Shown piece by piece: positions 20,056 through 32,300 of a stretch of DNA of 64,000 bases. Position 1 is the stretch's first letter; every line of letters starts with the position of its first letter. The notes beneath the pieces are model-generated. The model ran no database searches. It was not told the DNA's origin and worked only from the letters and a program-made list of their open reading frames with translations. The DNA is from Dudresnaya verticillata (Eukaryota), in contig OZ374565.1 of NCBI GenBank assembly GCA_977862235.1, forward strand, positions 1-64,000, in the 5' to 3' direction. The translations under genes and the position numbers were made by a program.

Positions 20056-23000
20056 CCCTCAGCGATCTGCCGAAATTTTTGTTTCGCGGATATCTCAACA
20101 AGTTCTGCACCGATCTTTTCGGCGGCGGTGCCGCCTGTTCGAGCGCGCGACGGCGCGTCGGTGCGGGGTTTTTCAGCCCTTCACCTTCGCGGGCGGGCGA
20201 GCGCGGTCTACTTTTGTCTCTTTCCGCGCCGCCGATCTGCGCCGCGACGCCGTCGTCGTCGCCGCCGTCGCCGCCGCCGTCGTCGCCGACGGTCACGCGT
20301 TTCCTATTTTGCGCTTACTTTTAAGGTGATCCCTCACCTTGAAATTTGCCCGGGCCCCACTGACTTGTCTTTCTTTCCCTGGCCCTGTACGCGTTTTGCT
20401 TGTACCCGGCACAGCCTAGACTCTGTCTAGGCTGCCGTGGACTGTCGACAGAGGGGTTTCACACCCTTCAACTGACAGATTGGTAAAGGCCAGGCTTGTC
20501 CTGTAAAATCTTCCTTCGGGAAGTGCCGAGAGACCTACAAGTGTGGGAATCGCCAAAGACCCTCGACCTTGAGTGGTAGGCGGCTCGTGACCCACAAGCT
20601 CATCGCAGAAACGTGCCAAGCAACGTCGAAGTTGGGGTAACGTGGCTTAAGCCTGGTGGATCCTGTTTTGAAACCACCCCTTCTAAGATCGAGCGAACGT
20701 CCTGCCAGCGAACCTTCGGGGGAGGCCAAAAATCCTGTGGGCACTCACAGGTAAACGGTGGTTCTGCGACCCCATTGAGAGCTTGTGCAAACGAGAAGTA
20801 CCGCGCGTTACAGGACCGCAGTGAAGAGAGTCTTCTCAGCTGCGGCAGGGAAGGGAACGTCCGATAACTCTGCGCGCACGAACGCTAACACGCGCGCCCT
20901 TTTGCGCGAGCTCGTGCGCAAAGTGCGCGATCTCGCGCCCTACGCTGCGAAGAGGCCCTCATCTCGCAGCAAGGCCACCTGTAGCACCCTCTGGAGGTGT
21001 CCCGAACAGACTGACGACGGACGACAGGCTTGCGTCCCGGTTAGGAGGTCTGTGCCCCGTGGGAACCTACTGTAGAGGACCTTTACAGGTACCTTACCCA
21101 GCGCTGTAACCATGATTGGTCAGCAGCACCCCGACATGCCGAAGGTATGGCTCTCTCCATGCTTTATGCCTTCGGCAAAACACCGCCCGACAAACAGTAC
21201 CAGCTGTCCTCTGGGCTGCCAGTCGTCCTCACTGCCTACTGTAGAAGCGCTACTCATGCACCTGCGGAAGATGCATGTTCCTGGCAGGCGAGGACCACCG
21301 ACGAGGACCGACATCGAGCCTCTCAAGCAGCAGCTCCTGGACTATGGAGTATGGTACTGTGTGACTCACAACAAGTACATGCCCACCCACTGTAGCTCCC
21401 GCATGAACAGTGAAGGCATGTACAGTATGCGGTACAAGAATTACAGCGCATGTCCCGCTACTCGCACTCCGGCGTTCTCCCACGTCCCGTCCAACCAATT
21501 GACGACACCGAGCCGTGAAGAAACTGTAGCCGCGCCATCACAGTCTCCTGCTCTGGACGCGGTCACGGAGACGCAACCCGAGGACGGCGAGCCAGCGGAC
21601 GATATCCTGCCAGCCCCGCGACGAATCCCGGACAGCCAGGAGCCGCCTCCTGCACCGGTACCTGCTACTCGAGAGGTACCAACTGCGCAAACCCCACCCG
21701 TTGCGCGGGGTCCAGGAGGGCAGCTTCTGCCGGCGGTCGAAGACATCTGTCGCTCGCATATCCCTATGGTCACACATATACCGTCTCGCGTCCGCGCCGA
21801 GGTGCGCGACGCACTGTCCAAGACGGTATGGGCTTTTACGAACGCAACCAACTCTCAGGAAGCCACCAAAGAGCTCACTGCATTCCTGCTTTTTCCAGCA
21901 GCCGTCTTGTCCAATCCTCCCGCCGCGAGTGCAAGGGCCAGCGCGTCAACCTCTGCGTCCTCGATCGGCACCTTCCGCGATCGAATCCGACGCTGGGGAC
22001 TCAAGGATTACGACGCCCTATGGCAGGAGGCCTTGAAGGGCTCGACATTCCGTGAGCAGACTGCGCCTTCCGCAGAAGAGCAACGCCGTATCAATGCCTC
22101 ACGAGCCCTTCGCCTTGCAAAGGAGGGCGCCTACAGTAAGGCAGCAGCAGCTCTAGACTCTGATGGAATCGCCCCAGCCACAGACTCTGTGATACAGTCC
22201 ATGAAGGACAAGCACCCGCAGTCCGTACCGCAAACCGACGCGGACCACGAGCTTGACCAGTCCGAACCGCTGCCGACCATGCCTGACTTCGTGCCTTTCA
22301 CAGCCGACGAAGTACGAAAAGCAGTGGCCAAGTTCCCCCGGGCTTCGGCCTCGGGGGGAACAGGACTATCACCGACCCATCTGCAGGAACTGCTCTCAGT
22401 CCCGACCACTCACGAGCACACGGGCCTGCTTGGCGGGCTCACCAAAATGGTCAACGTGCTGGCCAGCGGCGCAGGACCTGCGGAGCTGTCGCCTTGGATT
22501 GCCAGCGCTCCTCTCACGGCTCTGAAGAAGCGCACCGGCGGTGTCCGCCCCATTGCTGTAGGAGAGACAATCCGACGACTCGTGAGCTCTATGCTCATGA
22601 CCAGAGTCGCTCCCAAGGCCAAGGCATACCTCGAACCGCTTCAGCTCGGGGTCGCAACCTCGGGCGGCACAGAAGCCATTGTACACGCGGTCCGGAAGCT
22701 GCAGAATTCTCACGGCCATGACAAGTCCTACGGGTTGCTACAAGTGGACTTGAAGAATGCCTTCAACCTTGTCAGCCGCAAAGCATTCATGAAGGAGGTC
22801 CGCCGACATATGCCTGAACTACTACCGTGGGTCAGATACTGTTATGACTCTGAGGGCCCGCACCTGTGGATGGGTGACACTCTACTGCGGAGTGTCACTG
22901 GTGTACAGCAAGGTGACCCGCTCGGGCCGTTACTGTTTGCTTTGGTGCTGCAGGCACTGATCAAACAGTTGAAGGAACTCACCGCCGACCTGCGGCGCTC

Positions 23001-24701
23001 GGGCCGCAATCAGCAAGCGGAGGGGGCGAACAACTTGCTGCTGTCACTGTTCTACCTGGACGACGGCGTCATCGTGGCGAAACACGCCGTACTCAGGAAG
23101 GTTCTGTCCTTCTTTGACTCCGAGGAAGCTAAGGGCTATGGCTTCCACCTGCGCATGGACAAGTGTACTGTTTGGTGGCCTACTGCACCCGACCCAGAAG
23201 ACTGCGCTGCCTACCCGTCGGATCTTGGGCAGAGCTACGGAGAAGGCACTACAGTACTTCAGGCTCCGATTGGAACGCAGAACTACATGGAGGAGAGCGT
23301 GAATGGCCATGTCGAGTCCATCCAGCCCCTGCTGGACGCAATTTCGGGACTAGAAGACCTACACGTGGCCATCACTCTACTCCGCAACTGTGCCGGAGTC
23401 TGCCGGCTGAACTACCTGCTGCGAGTAGTTCCATCATCCGCCACGGCAAAGGGCGCCGAGCTCTTCGACCAGAAGATTGAGGCTTGCATGCGCAAGCTCG
23501 TGGGAGGAGTCCTACCGAGGGACACCTTCCGCGAACTTCAGCTTCCCCTGCGCACGAAAGAGCCCAGCTTCGGAATCGGTATTTCGGGAGCTGGCGACAT
23601 GAACTCGAGCGCGTTTTTGGCGTCCCTTTCACTGACCCGCAACTTACTGCGTTCTATCTTACCCGCTTCTGTGAACACTGCTCTTTCTGACGATCCTTTT
23701 GCAGTAGAAGCGCACGAAGACTGGAGCGCCAAGTGCCATAGTGAGGATGCTCTGGACCTGGAGAAGATCGACAGCGACGAGTGCCCGCGCCAGCGGGACT
23801 TGACGCGGTTGGTTCTGAAGAAAGTGCAAGCCGAGCTGCCGCTCGGGGACAGGCGGACGCAAGCTTTCCGAGCTTCCCTTGGCGCGCCGGGCGCCAAGGA
23901 CTGGCTCAAGTGCCAGCCGGCACCAGGCATGAAGACGTACATTGCGGATCGGGACTACCGCGTATGGCTTCGATTCTACTGTCGGATTCCACTGCTGGAA
24001 CCCGACACGGAGTGTCCTCGGGCCGGGTGCAAGAAGATGATGGATGTTCACGGCGACCATCTGCTGATTTGTCCGAACGGCATGCGGAACAGCGGATCTC
24101 CTCGGTCGTGGCGCCACGACTCTCAGGTTCGTCTGCTGGCTTCGGATCTGAAACGTGCGACACGCACCCCGATTGTGGAGCCCCGCCCTGTGGGGGCTCA
24201 CCTGGATCGGCCGGACATCAAGGCGCTTGGAACAGAAGGAGGAACGGACTACCTGGACGTCACAATCAGTCATCCACTGTCGTCAGAACAACGCATTCTC
24301 AGCTGCATAACAAACCCGCAAGGGACGCTGAAGAACGCCCACGCTGACAAGGTGCGGACTTACCGTGGCTTCATCCAGGCTGCCGGACCGGGGGCAAGAC
24401 TTGTGCCGGTGCCGATGACCACACTAGGTGGCTGGCACCCGGAGGCGCACAAGTACATGCAAGAGTTGGCGGATACTGTGGCTTCTCGGGCCATGGTAAC
24501 TCGCGGTGTTTCGCGAGCGGCTCTATTCCACAGGCACGCGGCGCGACTGGTGCAGAACAACGTCAAGTGCCTGATGGAAGGGATCCAACAGGAGGTGTAG
24601 ATGTGCAAGTTGTTTTGAGTTGGGGTTTAACTTTGTTGTGATACTACAGTAGATTGTACGTCGACAAATATTAGAATATGATCACCTGTTATAAAGTTGA
24701 A
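20056..24701 (+). mobile_element. RLE non-LTR retrotransposon, copy 5
   Basis: 4660-bp period repeat. Confidence 0.95.
21112..24600 (+). CDS. Retrotransposon RT/RLE polyprotein, 1162 aa
   Basis: Intact ORF, same motifs. Confidence 0.97.
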   Translation: MIGQQHPDMPKVWLSPCFMPSAKHRPTNSTSCPLGCQSSSLPTVEALLMHLRKMHVPGRRGPPTRTDIEPLKQQLLDYGVWYCVTHNKYMPTHCSSRMNSEGMYSMRYKNYSACPATRTPAFSHVPSNQLTTPSREETVAAPSQSPALDAVTETQPEDGEPADDILPAPRRIPDSQEPPPAPVPATREVPTAQTPPVARGPGGQLLPAVEDICRSHIPMVTHIPSRVRAEVRDALSKTVWAFTNATNSQEATKELTAFLLFPAAVLSNPPAASARASASTSASSIGTFRDRIRRWGLKDYDALWQEALKGSTFREQTAPSAEEQRRINASRALRLAKEGAYSKAAAALDSDGIAPATDSVIQSMKDKHPQSVPQTDADHELDQSEPLPTMPDFVPFTADEVRKAVAKFPRASASGGTGLSPTHLQELLSVPTTHEHTGLLGGLTKMVNVLASGAGPAELSPWIASAPLTALKKRTGGVRPIAVGETIRRLVSSMLMTRVAPKAKAYLEPLQLGVATSGGTEAIVHAVRKLQNSHGHDKSYGLLQVDLKNAFNLVSRKAFMKEVRRHMPELLPWVRYCYDSEGPHLWMGDTLLRSVTGVQQGDPLGPLLFALVLQALIKQLKELTADLRRSGRNQQAEGANNLLLSLFYLDDGVIVAKHAVLRKVLSFFDSEEAKGYGFHLRMDKCTVWWPTAPDPEDCAAYPSDLGQSYGEGTTVLQAPIGTQNYMEESVNGHVESIQPLLDAISGLEDLHVAITLLRNCAGVCRLNYLLRVVPSSATAKGAELFDQKIEACMRKLVGGVLPRDTFRELQLPLRTKEPSFGIGISGAGDMNSSAFLASLSLTRNLLRSILPASVNTALSDDPFAVEAHEDWSAKCHSEDALDLEKIDSDECPRQRDLTRLVLKKVQAELPLGDRRTQAFRASLGAPGAKDWLKCQPAPGMKTYIADRDYRVWLRFYCRIPLLEPDTECPRAGCKKMMDVHGDHLLICPNGMRNSGSPRSWRHDSQVRLLASDLKRATRTPIVEPRPVGAHLDRPDIKALGTEGGTDYLDVTISHPLSSEQRILSCITNPQGTLKNAHADKVRTYRGFIQAAGPGARLVPVPMTTLGGWHPEAHKYMQELADTVASRAMVTRGVSRAALFHRHAARLVQNNVKCLMEGIQQEV

Positions 24702-24715
24702 CTCACCTCAGTACT

Positions 24716-27700
24716 CCCTCAGCGATCTGCCGAAATTTTTGTTTCGCGGATATCTCAACAAGTTCTGCACCGATCTTTTCGGCGGCGGTGCCGCCTGTTC
24801 GAGCGCGCGACGGCGCGTCGGTGCGGGGTTTTTCAGCCCTTCACCTTCGCGGGCGGGCGAGCGCGGTCTACTTTTGTCTCTTTCCGCGCCGCCGATCTGC
24901 GCCGCGACGCCGTCGTCGTCGCCGCCGTCGCCGCCGCCGTCGTCGCCGACGGTCACGCGTTTCCTATTTTGCGCTTACTTTTAAGGTGATCCCTCACCTT
25001 GAAATTTGCCCGGGCCCCACTGACTTGTCTTTCTTTCCCTGGCCCTGTACGCGTTTTGCTTGTACCCGGCACAGCCTAGACTCTGTCTAGGCTGCCGTGG
25101 ACTGTCGACAGAGGGGTTTCACACCCTTCAACTGACAGATTGGTAAAGGCCAGGCTTGTCCTGTAAAATCTTCCTTCGGGAAGTGCCGAGAGACCTACAA
25201 GTGTGGGAATCGCCAAAGACCCTCGACCTTGAGTGGTAGGCGGCTCGTGACCCACAAGCTCATCGCAGAAACGTGCCAAGCAACGTCGAAGTTGGGGTAA
25301 CGTGGCTTAAGCCTGGTGGATCCTGTTTTGAAACCACCCCTTCTAAGATCGAGCGAACGTCCTGCCAGCGAACCTTCGGGGGAGGCCAAAAATCCTGTGG
25401 GCACTCACAGGTAAACGGTGGTTCTGCGACCCCATTGAGAGCTTGTGCAAACGAGAAGTACCGCGCGTTACAGGACCGCAGTGAAGAGAGTCTTCTCAGC
25501 TGCGGCAGGGAAGGGAACGTCCGATAACTCTGCGCGCACGAACGCTAACACGCGCGCCCTTTTGCGCGAGCTCGTGCGCAAAGTGCGCGATCTCGCGCCC
25601 TACGCTGCGAAGAGGCCCTCATCTCGCAGCAAGGCCACCTGTAGCACCCTCTGGAGGTGTCCCGAACAGACTGACGACGGACGACAGGCTTGCGTCCCGG
25701 TTAGGAGGTCTGTGCCCCGTGGGAACCTACTGTAGAGGACCTTTACAGGTACCTTACCCAGCGCTGTAACCATGATTGGTCAGCAGCACCCCGACATGCC
25801 GAAGGTATGGCTCTCTCCATGCTTTATGCCTTCGGCAAAACACCGCCCGACAAACAGTACCAGCTGTCCTCTGGGCTGCCAGTCGTCCTCACTGCCTACT
25901 GTAGAAGCGCTACTCATGCACCTGCGGAAGATGCATGTTCCTGGCAGGCGAGGACCACCGACGAGGACCGACATCGAGCCTCTCAAGCAGCAGCTCCTGG
26001 ACTATGGAGTATGGTACTGTGTGACTCACAACAAGTACATGCCCACCCACTGTAGCTCCCGCATGAACAGTGAAGGCATGTACAGTATGCGGTACAAGAA
26101 TTACAGCGCATGTCCCGCTACTCGCACTCCGGCGTTCTCCCACGTCCCGTCCAACCAATTGACGACACCGAGCCGTGAAGAAACTGTAGCCGCGCCATCA
26201 CAGTCTCCTGCTCTGGACGCGGTCACGGAGACGCAACCCGAGGACGGCGAGCCAGCGGACGATATCCTGCCAGCCCCGCGACGAATCCCGGACAGCCAGG
26301 AGCCGCCTCCTGCACCGGTACCTGCTACTCGAGAGGTACCAACTGCGCAAACCCCACCCGTTGCGCGGGGTCCAGGAGGGCAGCTTCTGCCGGCGGTCGA
26401 AGACATCTGTCGCTCGCATATCCCTATGGTCACACATATACCGTCTCGCGTCCGCGCCGAGGTGCGCGACGCACTGTCCAAGACGGTATGGGCTTTTACG
26501 AACGCAACCAACTCTCAGGAAGCCACCAAAGAGCTCACTGCATTCCTGCTTTTTCCAGCAGCCGTCTTGTCCAATCCTCCCGCCGCGAGTGCAAGGGCCA
26601 GCGCGTCAACCTCTGCGTCCTCGATCGGCACCTTCCGCGATCGAATCCGACGCTGGGGACTCAAGGATTACGACGCCCTATGGCAGGAGGCCTTGAAGGG
26701 CTCGACATTCCGTGAGCAGACTGCGCCTTCCGCAGAAGAGCAACGCCGTATCAATGCCTCACGAGCCCTTCGCCTTGCAAAGGAGGGCGCCTACAGTAAG
26801 GCAGCAGCAGCTCTAGACTCTGATGGAATCGCCCCAGCCACAGACTCTGTGATACAGTCCATGAAGGACAAGCACCCGCAGTCCGTACCGCAAACCGACG
26901 CGGACCACGAGCTTGACCAGTCCGAACCGCTGCCGACCATGCCTGACTTCGTGCCTTTCACAGCCGACGAAGTACGAAAAGCAGTGGCCAAGTTCCCCCG
27001 GGCTTCGGCCTCGGGGGGAACAGGACTATCACCGACCCATCTGCAGGAACTGCTCTCAGTCCCGACCACTCACGAGCACACGGGCCTGCTTGGCGGGCTC
27101 ACCAAAATGGTCAACGTGCTGGCCAGCGGCGCAGGACCTGCGGAGCTGTCGCCTTGGATTGCCAGCGCTCCTCTCACGGCTCTGAAGAAGCGCACCGGCG
27201 GTGTCCGCCCCATTGCTGTAGGAGAGACAATCCGACGACTCGTGAGCTCTATGCTCATGACCAGAGTCGCTCCCAAGGCCAAGGCATACCTCGAACCGCT
27301 TCAGCTCGGGGTCGCAACCTCGGGCGGCACAGAAGCCATTGTACACGCGGTCCGGAAGCTGCAGAATTCTCACGGCCATGACAAGTCCTACGGGTTGCTA
27401 CAAGTGGACTTGAAGAATGCCTTCAACCTTGTCAGCCGCAAAGCATTCATGAAGGAGGTCCGCCGACATATGCCTGAACTACTACCGTGGGTCAGATACT
27501 GTTATGACTCTGAGGGCCCGCACCTGTGGATGGGTGACACTCTACTGCGGAGTGTCACTGGTGTACAGCAAGGTGACCCGCTCGGGCCGTTACTGTTTGC
27601 TTTGGTGCTGCAGGCACTGATCAAACAGTTGAAGGAACTCACCGCCGACCTGCGGCGCTCGGGCCGCAATCAGCAAGCGGAGGGGGCGAACAACTTGCTG

Positions 27701-29361
27701 CTGTCACTGTTCTACCTGGACGACGGCGTCATCGTGGCGAAACACGCCGTACTCAGGAAGGTTCTGTCCTTCTTTGACTCCGAGGAAGCTAAGGGCTATG
27801 GCTTCCACCTGCGCATGGACAAGTGTACTGTTTGGTGGCCTACTGCACCCGACCCAGAAGACTGCGCTGCCTACCCGTCGGATCTTGGGCAGAGCTACGG
27901 AGAAGGCACTACAGTACTTCAGGCTCCGATTGGAACGCAGAACTACATGGAGGAGAGCGTGAATGGCCATGTCGAGTCCATCCAGCCCCTGCTGGACGCA
28001 ATTTCGGGACTAGAAGACCTACACGTGGCCATCACTCTACTCCGCAACTGTGCCGGAGTCTGCCGGCTGAACTACCTGCTGCGAGTAGTTCCATCATCCG
28101 CCACGGCAAAGGGCGCCGAGCTCTTCGACCAGAAGATTGAGGCTTGCATGCGCAAGCTCGTGGGAGGAGTCCTACCGAGGGACACCTTCCGCGAACTTCA
28201 GCTTCCCCTGCGCACGAAAGAGCCCAGCTTCGGAATCGGTATTTCGGGAGCTGGCGACATGAACTCGAGCGCGTTTTTGGCGTCCCTTTCACTGACCCGC
28301 AACTTACTGCGTTCTATCTTACCCGCTTCTGTGAACACTGCTCTTTCTGACGATCCTTTTGCAGTAGAAGCGCACGAAGACTGGAGCGCCAAGTGCCATA
28401 GTGAGGATGCTCTGGACCTGGAGAAGATCGACAGCGACGAGTGCCCGCGCCAGCGGGACTTGACGCGGTTGGTTCTGAAGAAAGTGCAAGCCGAGCTGCC
28501 GCTCGGGGACAGGCGGACGCAAGCTTTCCGAGCTTCCCTTGGCGCGCCGGGCGCCAAGGACTGGCTCAAGTGCCAGCCGGCACCAGGCATGAAGACGTAC
28601 ATTGCGGATCGGGACTACCGCGTATGGCTTCGATTCTACTGTCGGATTCCACTGCTGGAACCCGACACGGAGTGTCCTCGGGCCGGGTGCAAGAAGATGA
28701 TGGATGTTCACGGCGACCATCTGCTGATTTGTCCGAACGGCATGCGGAACAGCGGATCTCCTCGGTCGTGGCGCCACGACTCTCAGGTTCGTCTGCTGGC
28801 TTCGGATCTGAAACGTGCGACACGCACCCCGATTGTGGAGCCCCGCCCTGTGGGGGCTCACCTGGATCGGCCGGACATCAAGGCGCTTGGAACAGAAGGA
28901 GGAACGGACTACCTGGACGTCACAATCAGTCATCCACTGTCGTCAGAACAACGCATTCTCAGCTGCATAACAAACCCGCAAGGGACGCTGAAGAACGCCC
29001 ACGCTGACAAGGTGCGGACTTACCGTGGCTTCATCCAGGCTGCCGGACCGGGGGCAAGACTTGTGCCGGTGCCGATGACCACACTAGGTGGCTGGCACCC
29101 GGAGGCGCACAAGTACATGCAAGAGTTGGCGGATACTGTGGCTTCTCGGGCCATGGTAACTCGCGGTGTTTCGCGAGCGGCTCTATTCCACAGGCACGCG
29201 GCGCGACTGGTGCAGAACAACGTCAAGTGCCTGATGGAAGGGATCCAACAGGAGGTGTAGATGTGCAAGTTGTTTTGAGTTGGGGTTTAACTTTGTTGTG
29301 ATACTACAGTAGATTGTACGTCGACAAATATTAGAATATGATCACCTGTTATAAAGTTGAA
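24716..29361 (+). mobile_element. RLE non-LTR retrotransposon, copy 6
   Basis: 4660-bp period repeat. Confidence 0.95.
25772..29260 (+). CDS. Retrotransposon RT/RLE polyprotein, 1162 aa
   Basis: Intact ORF, same motifs. Confidence 0.97.
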   Translation: MIGQQHPDMPKVWLSPCFMPSAKHRPTNSTSCPLGCQSSSLPTVEALLMHLRKMHVPGRRGPPTRTDIEPLKQQLLDYGVWYCVTHNKYMPTHCSSRMNSEGMYSMRYKNYSACPATRTPAFSHVPSNQLTTPSREETVAAPSQSPALDAVTETQPEDGEPADDILPAPRRIPDSQEPPPAPVPATREVPTAQTPPVARGPGGQLLPAVEDICRSHIPMVTHIPSRVRAEVRDALSKTVWAFTNATNSQEATKELTAFLLFPAAVLSNPPAASARASASTSASSIGTFRDRIRRWGLKDYDALWQEALKGSTFREQTAPSAEEQRRINASRALRLAKEGAYSKAAAALDSDGIAPATDSVIQSMKDKHPQSVPQTDADHELDQSEPLPTMPDFVPFTADEVRKAVAKFPRASASGGTGLSPTHLQELLSVPTTHEHTGLLGGLTKMVNVLASGAGPAELSPWIASAPLTALKKRTGGVRPIAVGETIRRLVSSMLMTRVAPKAKAYLEPLQLGVATSGGTEAIVHAVRKLQNSHGHDKSYGLLQVDLKNAFNLVSRKAFMKEVRRHMPELLPWVRYCYDSEGPHLWMGDTLLRSVTGVQQGDPLGPLLFALVLQALIKQLKELTADLRRSGRNQQAEGANNLLLSLFYLDDGVIVAKHAVLRKVLSFFDSEEAKGYGFHLRMDKCTVWWPTAPDPEDCAAYPSDLGQSYGEGTTVLQAPIGTQNYMEESVNGHVESIQPLLDAISGLEDLHVAITLLRNCAGVCRLNYLLRVVPSSATAKGAELFDQKIEACMRKLVGGVLPRDTFRELQLPLRTKEPSFGIGISGAGDMNSSAFLASLSLTRNLLRSILPASVNTALSDDPFAVEAHEDWSAKCHSEDALDLEKIDSDECPRQRDLTRLVLKKVQAELPLGDRRTQAFRASLGAPGAKDWLKCQPAPGMKTYIADRDYRVWLRFYCRIPLLEPDTECPRAGCKKMMDVHGDHLLICPNGMRNSGSPRSWRHDSQVRLLASDLKRATRTPIVEPRPVGAHLDRPDIKALGTEGGTDYLDVTISHPLSSEQRILSCITNPQGTLKNAHADKVRTYRGFIQAAGPGARLVPVPMTTLGGWHPEAHKYMQELADTVASRAMVTRGVSRAALFHRHAARLVQNNVKCLMEGIQQEV

Positions 29362-29375
29362 CTCACCTCAGTACT

Positions 29376-32300
29376 CCCTCAGCGATCTGCCGAAATTTTT
29401 GTTTCGCGGATATCTCAACAAGTTCTGCACCGATCTTTTCGGCGGCGGTGCCGCCTGTTCGAGCGCGCGACGGCGCGTCGGTGCGGGGTTTTTCAGCCCT
29501 TCACCTTCGCGGGCGGGCGAGCGCGGTCTACTTTTGTCTCTTTCCGCGCCGCCGATCTGCGCCGCGACGCCGTCGTCGTCGCCGCCGTCGCCGCCGCCGT
29601 CGTCGCCGACGGTCACGCGTTTCCTATTTTGCGCTTACTTTTAAGGTGATCCCTCACCTTGAAATTTGCCCGGGCCCCACTGACTTGTCTTTCTTTCCCT
29701 GGCCCTGTACGCGTTTTGCTTGTACCCGGCACAGCCTAGACTCTGTCTAGGCTGCCGTGGACTGTCGACAGAGGGGTTTCACACCCTTCAACTGACAGAT
29801 TGGTAAAGGCCAGGCTTGTCCTGTAAAATCTTCCTTCGGGAAGTGCCGAGAGACCTACAAGTGTGGGAATCGCCAAAGACCCTCGACCTTGAGTGGTAGG
29901 CGGCTCGTGACCCACAAGCTCATCGCAGAAACGTGCCAAGCAACGTCGAAGTTGGGGTAACGTGGCTTAAGCCTGGTGGATCCTGTTTTGAAACCACCCC
30001 TTCTAAGATCGAGCGAACGTCCTGCCAGCGAACCTTCGGGGGAGGCCAAAAATCCTGTGGGCACTCACAGGTAAACGGTGGTTCTGCGACCCCATTGAGA
30101 GCTTGTGCAAACGAGAAGTACCGCGCGTTACAGGACCGCAGTGAAGAGAGTCTTCTCAGCTGCGGCAGGGAAGGGAACGTCCGATAACTCTGCGCGCACG
30201 AACGCTAACACGCGCGCCCTTTTGCGCGAGCTCGTGCGCAAAGTGCGCGATCTCGCGCCCTACGCTGCGAAGAGGCCCTCATCTCGCAGCAAGGCCACCT
30301 GTAGCACCCTCTGGAGGTGTCCCGAACAGACTGACGACGGACGACAGGCTTGCGTCCCGGTTAGGAGGTCTGTGCCCCGTGGGAACCTACTGTAGAGGAC
30401 CTTTACAGGTACCTTACCCAGCGCTGTAACCATGATTGGTCAGCAGCACCCCGACATGCCGAAGGTATGGCTCTCTCCATGCTTTATGCCTTCGGCAAAA
30501 CACCGCCCGACAAACAGTACCAGCTGTCCTCTGGGCTGCCAGTCGTCCTCACTGCCTACTGTAGAAGCGCTACTCATGCACCTGCGGAAGATGCATGTTC
30601 CTGGCAGGCGAGGACCACCGACGAGGACCGACATCGAGCCTCTCAAGCAGCAGCTCCTGGACTATGGAGTATGGTACTGTGTGACTCACAACAAGTACAT
30701 GCCCACCCACTGTAGCTCCCGCATGAACAGTGAAGGCATGTACAGTATGCGGTACAAGAATTACAGCGCATGTCCCGCTACTCGCACTCCGGCGTTCTCC
30801 CACGTCCCGTCCAACCAATTGACGACACCGAGCCGTGAAGAAACTGTAGCCGCGCCATCACAGTCTCCTGCTCTGGACGCGGTCACGGAGACGCAACCCG
30901 AGGACGGCGAGCCAGCGGACGATATCCTGCCAGCCCCGCGACGAATCCCGGACAGCCAGGAGCCGCCTCCTGCACCGGTACCTGCTACTCGAGAGGTACC
31001 AACTGCGCAAACCCCACCCGTTGCGCGGGGTCCAGGAGGGCAGCTTCTGCCGGCGGTCGAAGACATCTGTCGCTCGCATATCCCTATGGTCACACATATA
31101 CCGTCTCGCGTCCGCGCCGAGGTGCGCGACGCACTGTCCAAGACGGTATGGGCTTTTACGAACGCAACCAACTCTCAGGAAGCCACCAAAGAGCTCACTG
31201 CATTCCTGCTTTTTCCAGCAGCCGTCTTGTCCAATCCTCCCGCCGCGAGTGCAAGGGCCAGCGCGTCAACCTCTGCGTCCTCGATCGGCACCTTCCGCGA
31301 TCGAATCCGACGCTGGGGACTCAAGGATTACGACGCCCTATGGCAGGAGGCCTTGAAGGGCTCGACATTCCGTGAGCAGACTGCGCCTTCCGCAGAAGAG
31401 CAACGCCGTATCAATGCCTCACGAGCCCTTCGCCTTGCAAAGGAGGGCGCCTACAGTAAGGCAGCAGCAGCTCTAGACTCTGATGGAATCGCCCCAGCCA
31501 CAGACTCTGTGATACAGTCCATGAAGGACAAGCACCCGCAGTCCGTACCGCAAACCGACGCGGACCACGAGCTTGACCAGTCCGAACCGCTGCCGACCAT
31601 GCCTGACTTCGTGCCTTTCACAGCCGACGAAGTACGAAAAGCAGTGGCCAAGTTCCCCCGGGCTTCGGCCTCGGGGGGAACAGGACTATCACCGACCCAT
31701 CTGCAGGAACTGCTCTCAGTCCCGACCACTCACGAGCACACGGGCCTGCTTGGCGGGCTCACCAAAATGGTCAACGTGCTGGCCAGCGGCGCAGGACCTG
31801 CGGAGCTGTCGCCTTGGATTGCCAGCGCTCCTCTCACGGCTCTGAAGAAGCGCACCGGCGGTGTCCGCCCCATTGCTGTAGGAGAGACAATCCGACGACT
31901 CGTGAGCTCTATGCTCATGACCAGAGTCGCTCCCAAGGCCAAGGCATACCTCGAACCGCTTCAGCTCGGGGTCGCAACCTCGGGCGGCACAGAAGCCATT
32001 GTACACGCGGTCCGGAAGCTGCAGAATTCTCACGGCCATGACAAGTCCTACGGGTTGCTACAAGTGGACTTGAAGAATGCCTTCAACCTTGTCAGCCGCA
32101 AAGCATTCATGAAGGAGGTCCGCCGACATATGCCTGAACTACTACCGTGGGTCAGATACTGTTATGACTCTGAGGGCCCGCACCTGTGGATGGGTGACAC
32201 TCTACTGCGGAGTGTCACTGGTGTACAGCAAGGTGACCCGCTCGGGCCGTTACTGTTTGCTTTGGTGCTGCAGGCACTGATCAAACAGTTGAAGGAACTC